From the NCBI GenBank assembly GCA_036439915.1, contig GCA_036439915.1_3065.1: a DNA stretch of 64,000 bases. The stretch is one strand, 5' to 3'. The stretch is from a phage. Made by a program: the position numbers and the translations under genes. Under the pieces are notes generated by a model. That model saw only the letters and a list, made by a program, of their open reading frames with translations. It did not search any database and was not told the DNA's origin. Below, piece by piece: positions 10,048-18,516 of this stretch; within the stretch, counting starts at the first letter, position 1; the number at the start of each line of letters is the position of its first letter.

Positions 10048-10248
10048 ATGGTACAAAAATTAATGGCACTTGTTAATGCCATCAAAGGTAATAAAAAACG
10101 TATAGCTTTTACTATTTCTGCTATGGTAGGAATTTTACTCTGGAACTTTATTTTATCACCAATTGCAATTGCGCATGGTGTTAATATTCCAGTAGTTACT
10201 CTCGATACATTCGTAGATTTAGCATTTGCTTTAGTTGGGTTGATTTAA
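10048..10248 (+). CDS. plus-strand small membrane protein candidate (convergent, at the T4 dam position)
   Basis: 66 aa, two hydrophobic segments; AAGGAGG 4-5 nt before ATG; stop overlaps gene 61 stop. Confidence 0.4.
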   Translation: MVQKLMALVNAIKGNKKRIAFTISAMVGILLWNFILSPIAIAHGVNIPVVTLDTFVDLAFALVGLI

Positions 10249-11273
10249 ATCTTAGCATATTTAGATAGCCGCATTTTAGCCATCAACCCCTGGGCAATAT
10301 TATTTTTCATATATTCCATAATTTGTTCAGGGGTTGCACCTTCCTTTCTAATCATATCATTGACATCTTTTGATTTCCAGGGAGATTTATCCCAAAACAT
10401 AACCCTTTCTCCTGCATCAACTAATTTAGTCATTCGCTTGATAGTGTCAGGGTGACGAGGTTCATTATCTAAAACCCACACTCGTCTATCTTTAAATGGA
10501 ACAACTTCTAGGTCTAATTGACCACCCGTAATAGCTATACCATTTTCAATAAAAAGCGAATCTATAGGTCCTTCTAGAACATATACATCGCCATCTTTAA
10601 CTCGTTCGACTCCATATATTTTTGTTGCCTCAGGATAAGCTTTAATGGTGATATATTTTTGAGGAGCATCTTTCTTTAATGCACGTCCTTGAAAAGACTC
10701 AGCTTTTCCATTAGCATTATAAATTGGAATAACAAGACGAGGCTCAGAAATTTCCTTTTTGTATGTTCCTGGTGCTATGCTATTAACTAATTTAGGCCAT
10801 TCGGTTGTAAACCAAAGATATTTCCATTTATCCTTTGGAATACAACGAGCTTTTACGTATTTTATAATTGGATGGTCTTCCGCCAGTTTATCTAATCTAA
10901 CACATGACGGAAGAGATTTAATTATTTTCTTCTCAGGTTGTTTAGGAAGTTCTTTAGGTTTTTCTACTGGACGACTTTTACCTTTTTCTTTTCTTATTTC
11001 AAAGATATACTCACGATATAAATCGGGTTCAAACTCCTTTAAATATATTCCGATTGGTGCGTGATAGTTACAGTTATAACAATGAATATTTCCTTCATTA
11101 TTATCACCATAATACCATCCACGAGCTTTATTCTGATCGGTTTTTGAATCTCCACAAACGGGGCATCTAAACCGCAATTTAAAAGTTGAACTATTATTTA
11201 CTTGTGTGAATTTAGGTAAATGAGCCAATGCACGATACGCAAACTCATTATCAATCCAAGGTATTGATGACAT
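10245..11273 (-). CDS. 61: DNA primase gp61
   Basis: 342 aa, zinc-finger CPVCGDS...CYNC, Toprim region, same size as T4 gp61. Confidence 0.9.
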   Translation of the reverse strand: MSSIPWIDNEFAYRALAHLPKFTQVNNSSTFKLRFRCPVCGDSKTDQNKARGWYYGDNNEGNIHCYNCNYHAPIGIYLKEFEPDLYREYIFEIRKEKGKSRPVEKPKELPKQPEKKIIKSLPSCVRLDKLAEDHPIIKYVKARCIPKDKWKYLWFTTEWPKLVNSIAPGTYKKEISEPRLVIPIYNANGKAESFQGRALKKDAPQKYITIKAYPEATKIYGVERVKDGDVYVLEGPIDSLFIENGIAITGGQLDLEVVPFKDRRVWVLDNEPRHPDTIKRMTKLVDAGERVMFWDKSPWKSKDVNDMIRKEGATPEQIMEYMKNNIAQGLMAKMRLSKYAKI

Positions 11274-11275
11274 TT

Positions 11276-11440
11276 TTACTCTTCTTTTTCTTTAGATTCC
11301 TCTTTTTTCTTTTTAGGAATCTGTTCAGGACCTTTATTTACTACAGCACCTGACGTTGTTCCAGTAGAGATATTTTCAGGATTACCACCTGAATCTCCAG
11401 CAACCATATCTTCTTTAATAAATTCTTTATATGTTTTCAT
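11276..11440 (-). CDS. small acidic peptide with capsid-targeting-like N-terminus (61.1 position)
   Basis: about 54 codons, MKTYKEFIKEDMVAGDSGGNPEN...; coordinates approximate (+/-1). Confidence 0.4.
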   Translation of the reverse strand: MKTYKEFIKEDMVAGDSGGNPENISTGTTSGAVVNKGPEQIPKKKKEESKEKEE

Positions 11441-11441
11441 A

Positions 11442-12083
11442 TTAACCTTTATTCATAAAAGCATTAAAAATTTGATCGTCAATAGAAACATTTACTTTAG
11501 ACTGTTTTTCTGATGGTAATTCATATCCACATATTACAATTTTGTGATCAATATCAAAATACACAGAAGCAATATGATTAATGATGTTTTCAGTAAAGTC
11601 TAAATCAACATCAATATCTTTTTGACCACAGCCCAAAGGATAAATAATGCGAGTAATTCGATTATCTTTAACAAATATTCCACCGACATACTCTGTGCTG
11701 CGTTTAAAGTTTACACGTTTCCTAAATGAAAAATATTCAGGTTCTTTATGGGCTCGACTCATAGGGCTTAAAGTGTATTCCGAATATGAAATATCAAATC
11801 CTACACCTTCAATATGAGCCAACGCGTCATGATTAAACCAATTATAATCATATGCCAAATCCATTATATTGTAATATGTGAAAGGCACCGGATTAACATC
11901 ATGTGTTGTACCTTTAAAATCTGCCCAGGCAACGATTTCGTTATCTTTAACAATTACAAAAATTGTGTCAATAAGATATCCACGGTTATTTTCATCAGGC
12001 GTTATATTATAACATTGTGCATCAGGAAATTTACCGTATTTAAACGGTGGATTTTTGTGCATATAATAAATCATATTATTCAC
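11442..12083 (-). CDS. hypothetical protein (61.2 position)
   Basis: 213-aa ORF; track start is GTG, an ATG lies 3 codons in. Confidence 0.55.
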   Translation of the reverse strand: MNNMIYYMHKNPPFKYGKFPDAQCYNITPDENNRGYLIDTIFVIVKDNEIVAWADFKGTTHDVNPVPFTYYNIMDLAYDYNWFNHDALAHIEGVGFDISYSEYTLSPMSRAHKEPEYFSFRKRVNFKRSTEYVGGIFVKDNRITRIIYPLGCGQKDIDVDLDFTENIINHIASVYFDIDHKIVICGYELPSEKQSKVNVSIDDQIFNAFMNKG

Positions 12084-12369
12084 CTGTGATTTCGGTTACG
12101 ATATTTTTGTTATTAAAGTTTTTATCGCAATACAGAACATAATTATACTGCATTACACCACCAGACTTAAGTTGTTTTTGCACTTCAGCTTTCATTTTAG
12201 GACGATCGCGCTCAACAATATTCATAATATCCGCTTCAATTTGAGTTTCAACTTCAGTCTGATCTGCAGTCATAGACCATTCACACAAGTCTTTATCATA
12301 TCCTGCCATAGCAGGCTGAGCAGCACAAGAAGCCAAAGTAAAAATTGTAGCAAAAATAAATTTTTTCAT
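12076..12369 (-). CDS. sp: periplasmic protein, Spackle-like (61.3 position)
   Basis: 97 aa, signal peptide MKKFIFATIFTLASCAAQPAMA, same size and position as T4 Sp. Confidence 0.6.
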   Translation of the reverse strand: MKKFIFATIFTLASCAAQPAMAGYDKDLCEWSMTADQTEVETQIEADIMNIVERDRPKMKAEVQKQLKSGGVMQYNYVLYCDKNFNNKNIVTEITGE

Positions 12370-12429
12370 GATAATCTCCTCAGTAGTTTATGTTTATATA
12401 GTATCTCAATTTCCAACAAAAGTAAACAG

Positions 12430-12687
12430 CTATTTTAAAACTTCTGCATAATCACATGTTACAAACTGTTTCTCTAGCTTAACGATCTTACGAAAGTATC
12501 TTTTGCATTGACGAATCTGCCGTTTCGTAGGACGTACAGCAAACTTAATAAATTCCACTCGACCAAATGGAGGGCTTTCTTCTGCCGGAATATCTAACAC
12601 CAATTCCCACGTATCCGCAATAAGTGCTTTGAATTGAGTATTTTTCCTGACGTTATACGGAGTAGGTTTAAATAAAACAATATGCAT
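12430..12687 (-). CDS. hypothetical protein (61.4 position)
   Basis: 85-aa ORF between sp and dmd. Confidence 0.5.
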   Translation of the reverse strand: MHIVLFKPTPYNVRKNTQFKALIADTWELVLDIPAEESPPFGRVEFIKFAVRPTKRQIRQCKRYFRKIVKLEKQFVTCDYAEVLK

Positions 12688-12688
12688 A

Positions 12689-12871
12689 TTATCCTCGGCA
12701 ATCTACTTCACATACTTTCTTGTCATCAATGAAAGCTTTAACTAATGCTTTATTAACTTCAGCATATTGAGTAGTAGCCCATTGAACGTCATCTTTCATC
12801 ATTGTGATTTCTTTAGTAAACATGCTTTCATTCTTAAACCACCCTATAAAAACTACCTTTACCAATTCCAT
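12689..12871 (-). CDS. dmd: Dmd-like antitoxin (61.5 position)
   Basis: 60 aa MELVKVVFIGWFKNESMF..., size and position as T4 Dmd; early promoter upstream. Confidence 0.65.
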   Translation of the reverse strand: MELVKVVFIGWFKNESMFTKEITMMKDDVQWATTQYAEVNKALVKAFIDDKKVCEVDCRG

Positions 12872-12900
12872 AACAATCTCCTCATTTAACCAACAAGACT

Positions 12901-12930
12901 ACTATACCATAGTCTTGTCAGTTTGTAAAC
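12901..12930 (-). promoter_or_regulatory. sigma70-type early promoter
   Basis: GTTTAC, 18 bp, TGGTATAGT on minus strand upstream of dmd. Confidence 0.6.
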
Positions 12931-14357
12931 TAAAATTTTAATTCATTTGCCAAAGCATCTAACTGAGCTCGAGTGGATTCATTTCTTTGATAGCGATTCT
13001 GTTCAGCCTGAATCTGTTGTGAACCTGCTACTTCACTCACTTCGATTGGAGTAGAATCTTGTTCAATTTCTACCCATTTTTGATTTCCTTTTTGAACACC
13101 CATCAAAAACTTATTCCACTTATTCTTATCACCATATCGTGATTTGATTTGCTTAATAAGTTGTTGTTCAGCAGCTGCTAGCTCCTCGGTTTCAATGACC
13201 GCAAGCATAAAATCAGCTGTTGCTGGAAGACCAGCAGATTCTGCAATATCGCTCATGTTAACATCGGAAGAGTCCCAAGCTTGTTTACCGACCTGTGCTG
13301 CAGTCCAAAGAACAGTTTCGGTTTCAACAGCCAGAGCACGCAATTCCTCTGCGATAGCTTTAACAGTTGTGTAACTATTTTCTGAATAAACTCTAATGCG
13401 GCAAGATTTACAAATACCTAGATAGTCGACAATAATGATTGTTGGAACAAAATTCTTTTTGAGCTTTAATTCATTTAAAAGCGATCGAAATGTATTAGCG
13501 TCTGCCCCACCAGTAGGATACTGTTTAACGATTAAACGACCAAGAGTAGATTTCTCACGCCATTTTTCCATTTTTCCTTTATACTCAGCGTAAGAAATAT
13601 GCCCATCATCAATGTCATCAAGAGAAACATCAAGCATATTAGCATCAATACGCTTAGCACAGACTTCTTCTGCCATTTCCATGGAAATGTAAAGAACATT
13701 ATGTCCGAGCTGCAAATAATCTGCTGCCAATGAACAAAGTCCTAATGATTTACCAACGTTAACGCCAGCCATTAAAACGTTCAATGTTCCTGTTTCAGCT
13801 CCGCCTTTAGTAATTTTGTTTAGAATTCTGAGTTTAAATGGAACTTTACGAGCTTTATTCATATAAGATAGCCAGCGTGCTTCGTAGTCATCCATCCAAT
13901 CATGACCAACGTAGCTATCAAATGAAATTGATAATGCTTGACGCATGATGTCAGGAATAGCACCAACATCCGGCATTTTCTTATTTCGTTTTTCCGGAGG
14001 AAGCTCAGCATTAGTTTGAATTTCGATTATTTTAGACGTAGCATTAAACATCGCCCTTTGCTGAACATATTTTTCTGTTTCTTTTACTAACCAACTGTGG
14101 TCTTCTGGAGAATCGGCTAGTTTTGAAATAAGTGTTTTTACACCAGAATATTCTGTTTCAGTAAATGAACTATTTTCTAATGCAACATTTAACGCATTAA
14201 TAGATGGAACGCTATGGTACTCATTAACGTGAGATTTAATTAATTTGAATGTATTTTTAGCTGGACCACTTTCAAAATATTCTGAATCCATATATGGCCA
14301 AACTTTTGAAAAATAAGCTTGATCAAATATGAGATGAGAAAGAATAATTTCTACCAC
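12930..14357 (-). CDS. 41: replicative DNA helicase gp41 (DnaB-like)
   Basis: 475 aa, Walker A GVNVGKS, same size as T4 gp41. Confidence 0.9.
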   Translation of the reverse strand: MVEIILSHLIFDQAYFSKVWPYMDSEYFESGPAKNTFKLIKSHVNEYHSVPSINALNVALENSSFTETEYSGVKTLISKLADSPEDHSWLVKETEKYVQQRAMFNATSKIIEIQTNAELPPEKRNKKMPDVGAIPDIMRQALSISFDSYVGHDWMDDYEARWLSYMNKARKVPFKLRILNKITKGGAETGTLNVLMAGVNVGKSLGLCSLAADYLQLGHNVLYISMEMAEEVCAKRIDANMLDVSLDDIDDGHISYAEYKGKMEKWREKSTLGRLIVKQYPTGGADANTFRSLLNELKLKKNFVPTIIIVDYLGICKSCRIRVYSENSYTTVKAIAEELRALAVETETVLWTAAQVGKQAWDSSDVNMSDIAESAGLPATADFMLAVIETEELAAAEQQLIKQIKSRYGDKNKWNKFLMGVQKGNQKWVEIEQDSTPIEVSEVAGSQQIQAEQNRYQRNESTRAQLDALANELKF

Positions 14358-14366
14358 ACTTACTCC

Positions 14367-14729
14367 TTAAAAGAATTTAAATTTTTTCTTTGACCTTTTA
14401 TTAAATGCATCTTGTAGTTGCATTGTAATACATTTTTCTACATGAGGAGCTAACTCAGCTTTTCTTTCTTGGTCAAGAACAGCAAAGTCCATTACGACTT
14501 TTCCATCAACCCAATCTAATTTTGTCACATACACAATGTGTGTAGAACCATCTTCTAGTTTAATGACAATCTCCTGGATAACATTTTCCATGGCAGATTT
14601 AATTATCTTAAGAGATTCATTAAAAAGACGTTCTTTTCTTTCTTCTTCCCCCTCCGAAGAGGGGGATTCATCGATAATTTCTAGATCTAAATCTAAATCA
14701 TCTTTATTCATTAAATTCTTCCATATCAC
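14367..14729 (-). CDS. 40: gp40-like protein (by position)
   Basis: 120-aa acidic ORF between uvsX and 41. Confidence 0.5.
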   Translation of the reverse strand: MIWKNLMNKDDLDLDLEIIDESPSSEGEEERKERLFNESLKIIKSAMENVIQEIVIKLEDGSTHIVYVTKLDWVDGKVVMDFAVLDQERKAELAPHVEKCITMQLQDAFNKRSKKKFKFF

Positions 14730-15885
14730 TTAACTGCTCGAGGTCAGTTTCTAAATCAGCAGCTGATTTACTTTTACTTTCTGGAGATTTAAATTTTTCA
14801 ACCTTTGAGTTAATTAATTCATCAACTTCAGCTTCAACAATTTCATTACTATCAATAGCACCTAATTGATAAGCACGTTTAATAGCATCTCGGAATGGCT
14901 GATGTTTAAATAAAGGACCCCAGAATGTAGTGCAATTGGTATCTTTTGCGCGCCAAGATTTTTCTTCGCGAATCATCTCGCCGGTTTCTTCATCAAGAAA
15001 TTCACGAGCATACCAGCCATTTTTAGGTTTTACTACAAATCCTAATTCAAGAGCCATATCTAACAATCCAGAATAAGGATCGATACCACCGTCAAATTTA
15101 ACATCAATAAAGAATTTACTTTTTTCTTTAACGGTACGAGATTTTTCTACATTTAGAACAAATTGATACCCTTGAAGATCAGAACCATCTTTAATCTGAC
15201 GCTTACCGATAATGAACACAGTATCAGCCGAATACATTACGCCTGTACCACCTGTCATCACGGTTTTACTAAACATTTCAATTGTTTCAATTGTATGGTT
15301 AACCGCAACGCATGGAATGTTTTTAATACTAAAATAAGGAGTAACAATACGGAATAATGACTTCAGTGATTTAGCACGAGTCATATCTGCCACAGATTTT
15401 TCATTCAAGGCATCTTCCGTTTCTTTCTTAGAAGCCATATTACCGATTGAGTCGATGAATACAATAACTTTTTCACCGCGCTCAATAGCTTCAAGCTGAT
15501 TCACCATATCAATTTTCAGTTGTTCAACTGACTGAATTGGCGTATGAATTACTCGTTCCGGGTCAACTCCCATGGATCGCAAATAAGCTGGAGTAATACC
15601 AAATTCGCTATCATAGAATAAACAAACTGCGTCAGGATATTTGTTCAAATACGCCGCAACCATAGTCAAAGACATATTTGATTTAAAGTGTTTAGAAGGA
15701 CCTGCGAAAATAGTTAAACCGGACTGCATTCCACCATCAATCGCACCGGAAATAGCGATATTAAGCATTGGAATTTTTGTACGAATTACATCCTTTTCAT
15801 TAAAGAATTTAGATGTAGTCAGTTCAGCAGTCATTTTAGAAGTGGAAGCTTTAATCAAACGGGATTTTAAATCTGCAATAGACAT
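14704..15885 (-). CDS. uvsX: UvsX recombinase (RecA-like)
   Basis: 393 aa, P-loop FAGPSKHFKS, RecA-like core, T4 synteny. Confidence 0.9.
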   Translation of the reverse strand: MSIADLKSRLIKASTSKMTAELTTSKFFNEKDVIRTKIPMLNIAISGAIDGGMQSGLTIFAGPSKHFKSNMSLTMVAAYLNKYPDAVCLFYDSEFGITPAYLRSMGVDPERVIHTPIQSVEQLKIDMVNQLEAIERGEKVIVFIDSIGNMASKKETEDALNEKSVADMTRAKSLKSLFRIVTPYFSIKNIPCVAVNHTIETIEMFSKTVMTGGTGVMYSADTVFIIGKRQIKDGSDLQGYQFVLNVEKSRTVKEKSKFFIDVKFDGGIDPYSGLLDMALELGFVVKPKNGWYAREFLDEETGEMIREEKSWRAKDTNCTTFWGPLFKHQPFRDAIKRAYQLGAIDSNEIVEAEVDELINSKVEKFKSPESKSKSAADLETDLEQLSDMEEFNE

Positions 15886-15962
15886 TCATTTTTTCCATAG
15901 GCATCATTATATTTTCCTCACTGGTTAAAGATAGGGTAATTATAACACAATAAATTTAGGCA

Positions 15963-16811
15963 TTAATCAACTGCTATTGGATGAATAGCATTAAACTTAT
16001 GAAACGCTTCTGATTTTTCTTTGCGCGAAACACACATGCGAAGAACCTTTAATGGCTCGTCTTCTTCACCTAATGATTTTCGTTTTTCAATATTCGATGT
16101 TTTCCAACGAGCTTGCTCTGGAAACTCTCTATTGATTTGCTCAAGCGCTCTATTATGTTTTGAATTACTACGAATTGAACTACATCCGCCAGGAGCTTGT
16201 GCTTTTCCGGATACAACCAGATATTTGAACAAGGCCAAATGCGGATAACCTTGATTAATTAAATTGAGAAATGCGTACATATCTTCGCATAAATCAATTT
16301 TTCCATACCCAATTTGTTCTGTTGTAAGTTTTCCAAGGTCATACCATGTATTCGTGAATCCATATGAATTTTCACGATAATTACCCCAAGATGAAGTAAT
16401 TTTAAAAATAGGTAGACGAGCATGGCCATGATAATACCCGCAATCCATGGCATCTTCAACGTATTGAATTAATTCATAGAACTGTTCACGGGTTAATTGA
16501 TTAATTTTATCTACGCAGCGACGATCATCTTTCTTTCGCATTGAACTCATACGAATAGTAGTATCATCATCGATCATCCAAATTCGCTGACCTGCATACA
16601 TATCAGTAATTGCTTTACGAGTTCCAGCAATTCCATTAACATCATCAGGAATAGTTATAATTTTAGCTCTAGACCCATAAGCGTCATAATAAGCTTTTTC
16701 TTCGTGTTTACGTACTACAATATGAGGTTCATAATCAGATGGAAACATATCAAGGGCAGAAACTGCCCCTACGCGTTGATAGCTTGGAATTACGAATTGA
16801 ATCATTTCCAC
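15963..16811 (-). CDS. glycosyltransferase, possibly T2/T6-type HMC glucosyltransferase
   Basis: 282 aa, DXD-like IWMIDDD; occupies the T4 beta-gt locus but is shorter than T4 beta-gt. Confidence 0.5.
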   Translation of the reverse strand: MEMIQFVIPSYQRVGAVSALDMFPSDYEPHIVVRKHEEKAYYDAYGSRAKIITIPDDVNGIAGTRKAITDMYAGQRIWMIDDDTTIRMSSMRKKDDRRCVDKINQLTREQFYELIQYVEDAMDCGYYHGHARLPIFKITSSWGNYRENSYGFTNTWYDLGKLTTEQIGYGKIDLCEDMYAFLNLINQGYPHLALFKYLVVSGKAQAPGGCSSIRSNSKHNRALEQINREFPEQARWKTSNIEKRKSLGEEDEPLKVLRMCVSRKEKSEAFHKFNAIHPIAVD

Positions 16812-17542
16812 TCACCGTTATAATCTTTTTTCGCAATATGAGTTTCGCCAGTTTTCCACCAATGGTCAACCAAGTAAAAATGACGGGAATACACATGAAG
16901 ACTTCCGACATTCCATATAATAGAACCCGCTTTATACTGGCGAGTTGAATCACCTGCATTCAAATCAGATACTAATTTATCTAGTACGTATTTTTGCCAC
17001 GCATAATCATTGCGGAATCCGAAGACCACGTCATTTGAGCGCATGTTAACTACTGCATTGACTTTCTTATCACGAATCAGATACTGTACTGTATTCGTAC
17101 ACATGAAATCTGACATACCATCTTTATTGTAGTCAAACTGCATGGATGGACGAGTATAAATCATGATACCACGTCGAGAATCAGGATTTTGACCAAGTTC
17201 AGCTAAACACATGTCATACTGAGCATAGTTATCTTCTGACCAGATGGCCCAACCATAATTCGAGTTAATTTCGCCTTTAGAAGATGCTACCTGCTGCCAA
17301 ATCTTTGGTGTTTCACCTGGAATATCTTTAACAAACAAGCTCTTAGATTTATACCATTCAAGTTCACGCTGAATGTATTCATCATTAAGAGCGCCAAAAA
17401 TAAACGGTTCATCTGCTACAAATGATGCGCCAATAATTTCAATAGTTTTAACACCGGTTTTATCAATTACGAAATCTTTTTCCTTTAACGCAATTCCCAA
17501 ATGAAGACGAGTTTCTTCAACTGTCAAAGAGTCATTAATCAT
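16802..17542 (-). CDS. 42: dCMP hydroxymethylase gp42
   Basis: 246 aa, thymidylate-synthase-like, close match to remembered T4 gp42. Confidence 0.9.
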   Translation of the reverse strand: MINDSLTVEETRLHLGIALKEKDFVIDKTGVKTIEIIGASFVADEPFIFGALNDEYIQRELEWYKSKSLFVKDIPGETPKIWQQVASSKGEINSNYGWAIWSEDNYAQYDMCLAELGQNPDSRRGIMIYTRPSMQFDYNKDGMSDFMCTNTVQYLIRDKKVNAVVNMRSNDVVFGFRNDYAWQKYVLDKLVSDLNAGDSTRQYKAGSIIWNVGSLHVYSRHFYLVDHWWKTGETHIAKKDYNGEWK

Positions 17543-17695
17543 TTAAACCTCAATTGATACATTCATATTTAACTTGTAACAGTAATAAACCCCAACCTAA
17601 AATAATAGTTGGAATCATAAGAGGAACCGTTACACTATAGTATATACTTATTATAATCATCAAGATTAAAAGCAACACTGCTATAATTTTGCTTT

Positions 17696-17947
17696 TCATT
17701 CCTTCTCTCTGATGATAATTACTTGATTTGGCTGTGCAGACTTTTTGGTTTCACCCGCAATTGACCAAATAAATGTAATAAACCAACCAATGATTGACCA
17801 GTTAAACAGTAAAGATGTAAAAAAGATTCCTACTGTCGATTTTGACCCACGCATCAAGGCGATGAACCATGGGAGCATGTATATAATAATAGCCAACACA
17901 CCTGAAACTAAAACCATAAAAATTGAACCTGCTACTAAAGTTTCCAT
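17696..17947 (-). CDS. imm: superinfection immunity protein Imm
   Basis: 83 aa, two TM segments, same size as T4 Imm. Confidence 0.8.
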   Translation of the reverse strand: METLVAGSIFMVLVSGVLAIIIYMLPWFIALMRGSKSTVGIFFTSLLFNWSIIGWFITFIWSIAGETKKSAQPNQVIIIREKE

Positions 17948-17954
17948 GTTTTCC

Positions 17955-18335
17955 TCACTTAGTCAAATTTTTTACGCATGAATTATAAGAATTTACTACA
18001 TACTCCATCGGAGCATTTTTACCAGTACGCCATTGATAATTATTAGCCCAATTAGCCCAAAGTTCGGCACAGTAACTTTCAATTTTTTCTTCACGTGTAA
18101 TCACATCTGAATTACGATATGCTTGAGCAGATTCATCTGGACGAATAGCTTCGTCAAAATTCGCCTGCATTTGTTCTACTGTCTGTTTTGGAGCTTCTTT
18201 ATAACACTTAACATTAGGATTATAAAATTTGCTTGAACAGTTTACAATTTTTCCTACATCAGATTGATTTACTACCGGTCCTTGAGCTACACAACCAGTA
18301 AGACCCAATGCAATAACCAAAATAGCGATTTTCAT
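17955..18335 (-). CDS. lipoprotein (imm.1 position)
   Basis: 126 aa from internal Met; lipobox LTGC; ORF-track N-terminus is read-through of the promoter leader. Confidence 0.6.
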   Translation of the reverse strand: MKIAILVIALGLTGCVAQGPVVNQSDVGKIVNCSSKFYNPNVKCYKEAPKQTVEQMQANFDEAIRPDESAQAYRNSDVITREEKIESYCAELWANWANNYQWRTGKNAPMEYVVNSYNSCVKNLTK

Positions 18336-18369
18336 TTCATTCTCCAAATCCGCATCAGTTGATAGTTGT

Positions 18370-18399
18370 ATAGTACCACGGAAGAACAGAGATGTAAAC
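18370..18399 (-). promoter_or_regulatory. sigma70-type early promoter with conserved leader
   Basis: GTTTAC, 18 bp, TGGTACTAT, then leader ACAACTATCAACTGA. Confidence 0.6.
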
Positions 18400-18482
18400 A
18401 GTTTTGTGAAAAAACTTTTAATGAATTCCAGAGGTCCAGAATCATCTATTTTTCCTAAGTATAGATTTATATTACTTGTATG

Positions 18483-18504
18483 AAAAAGGGACCCGGAGGT
18501 CCCT
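18483..18504 (-). terminator. intrinsic terminator after gene 43
   Basis: GGGACC-CGGA-GGTCCC hairpin plus T-run. Confidence 0.6.
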
Positions 18505-18516
18505 AGATTTATTCTA

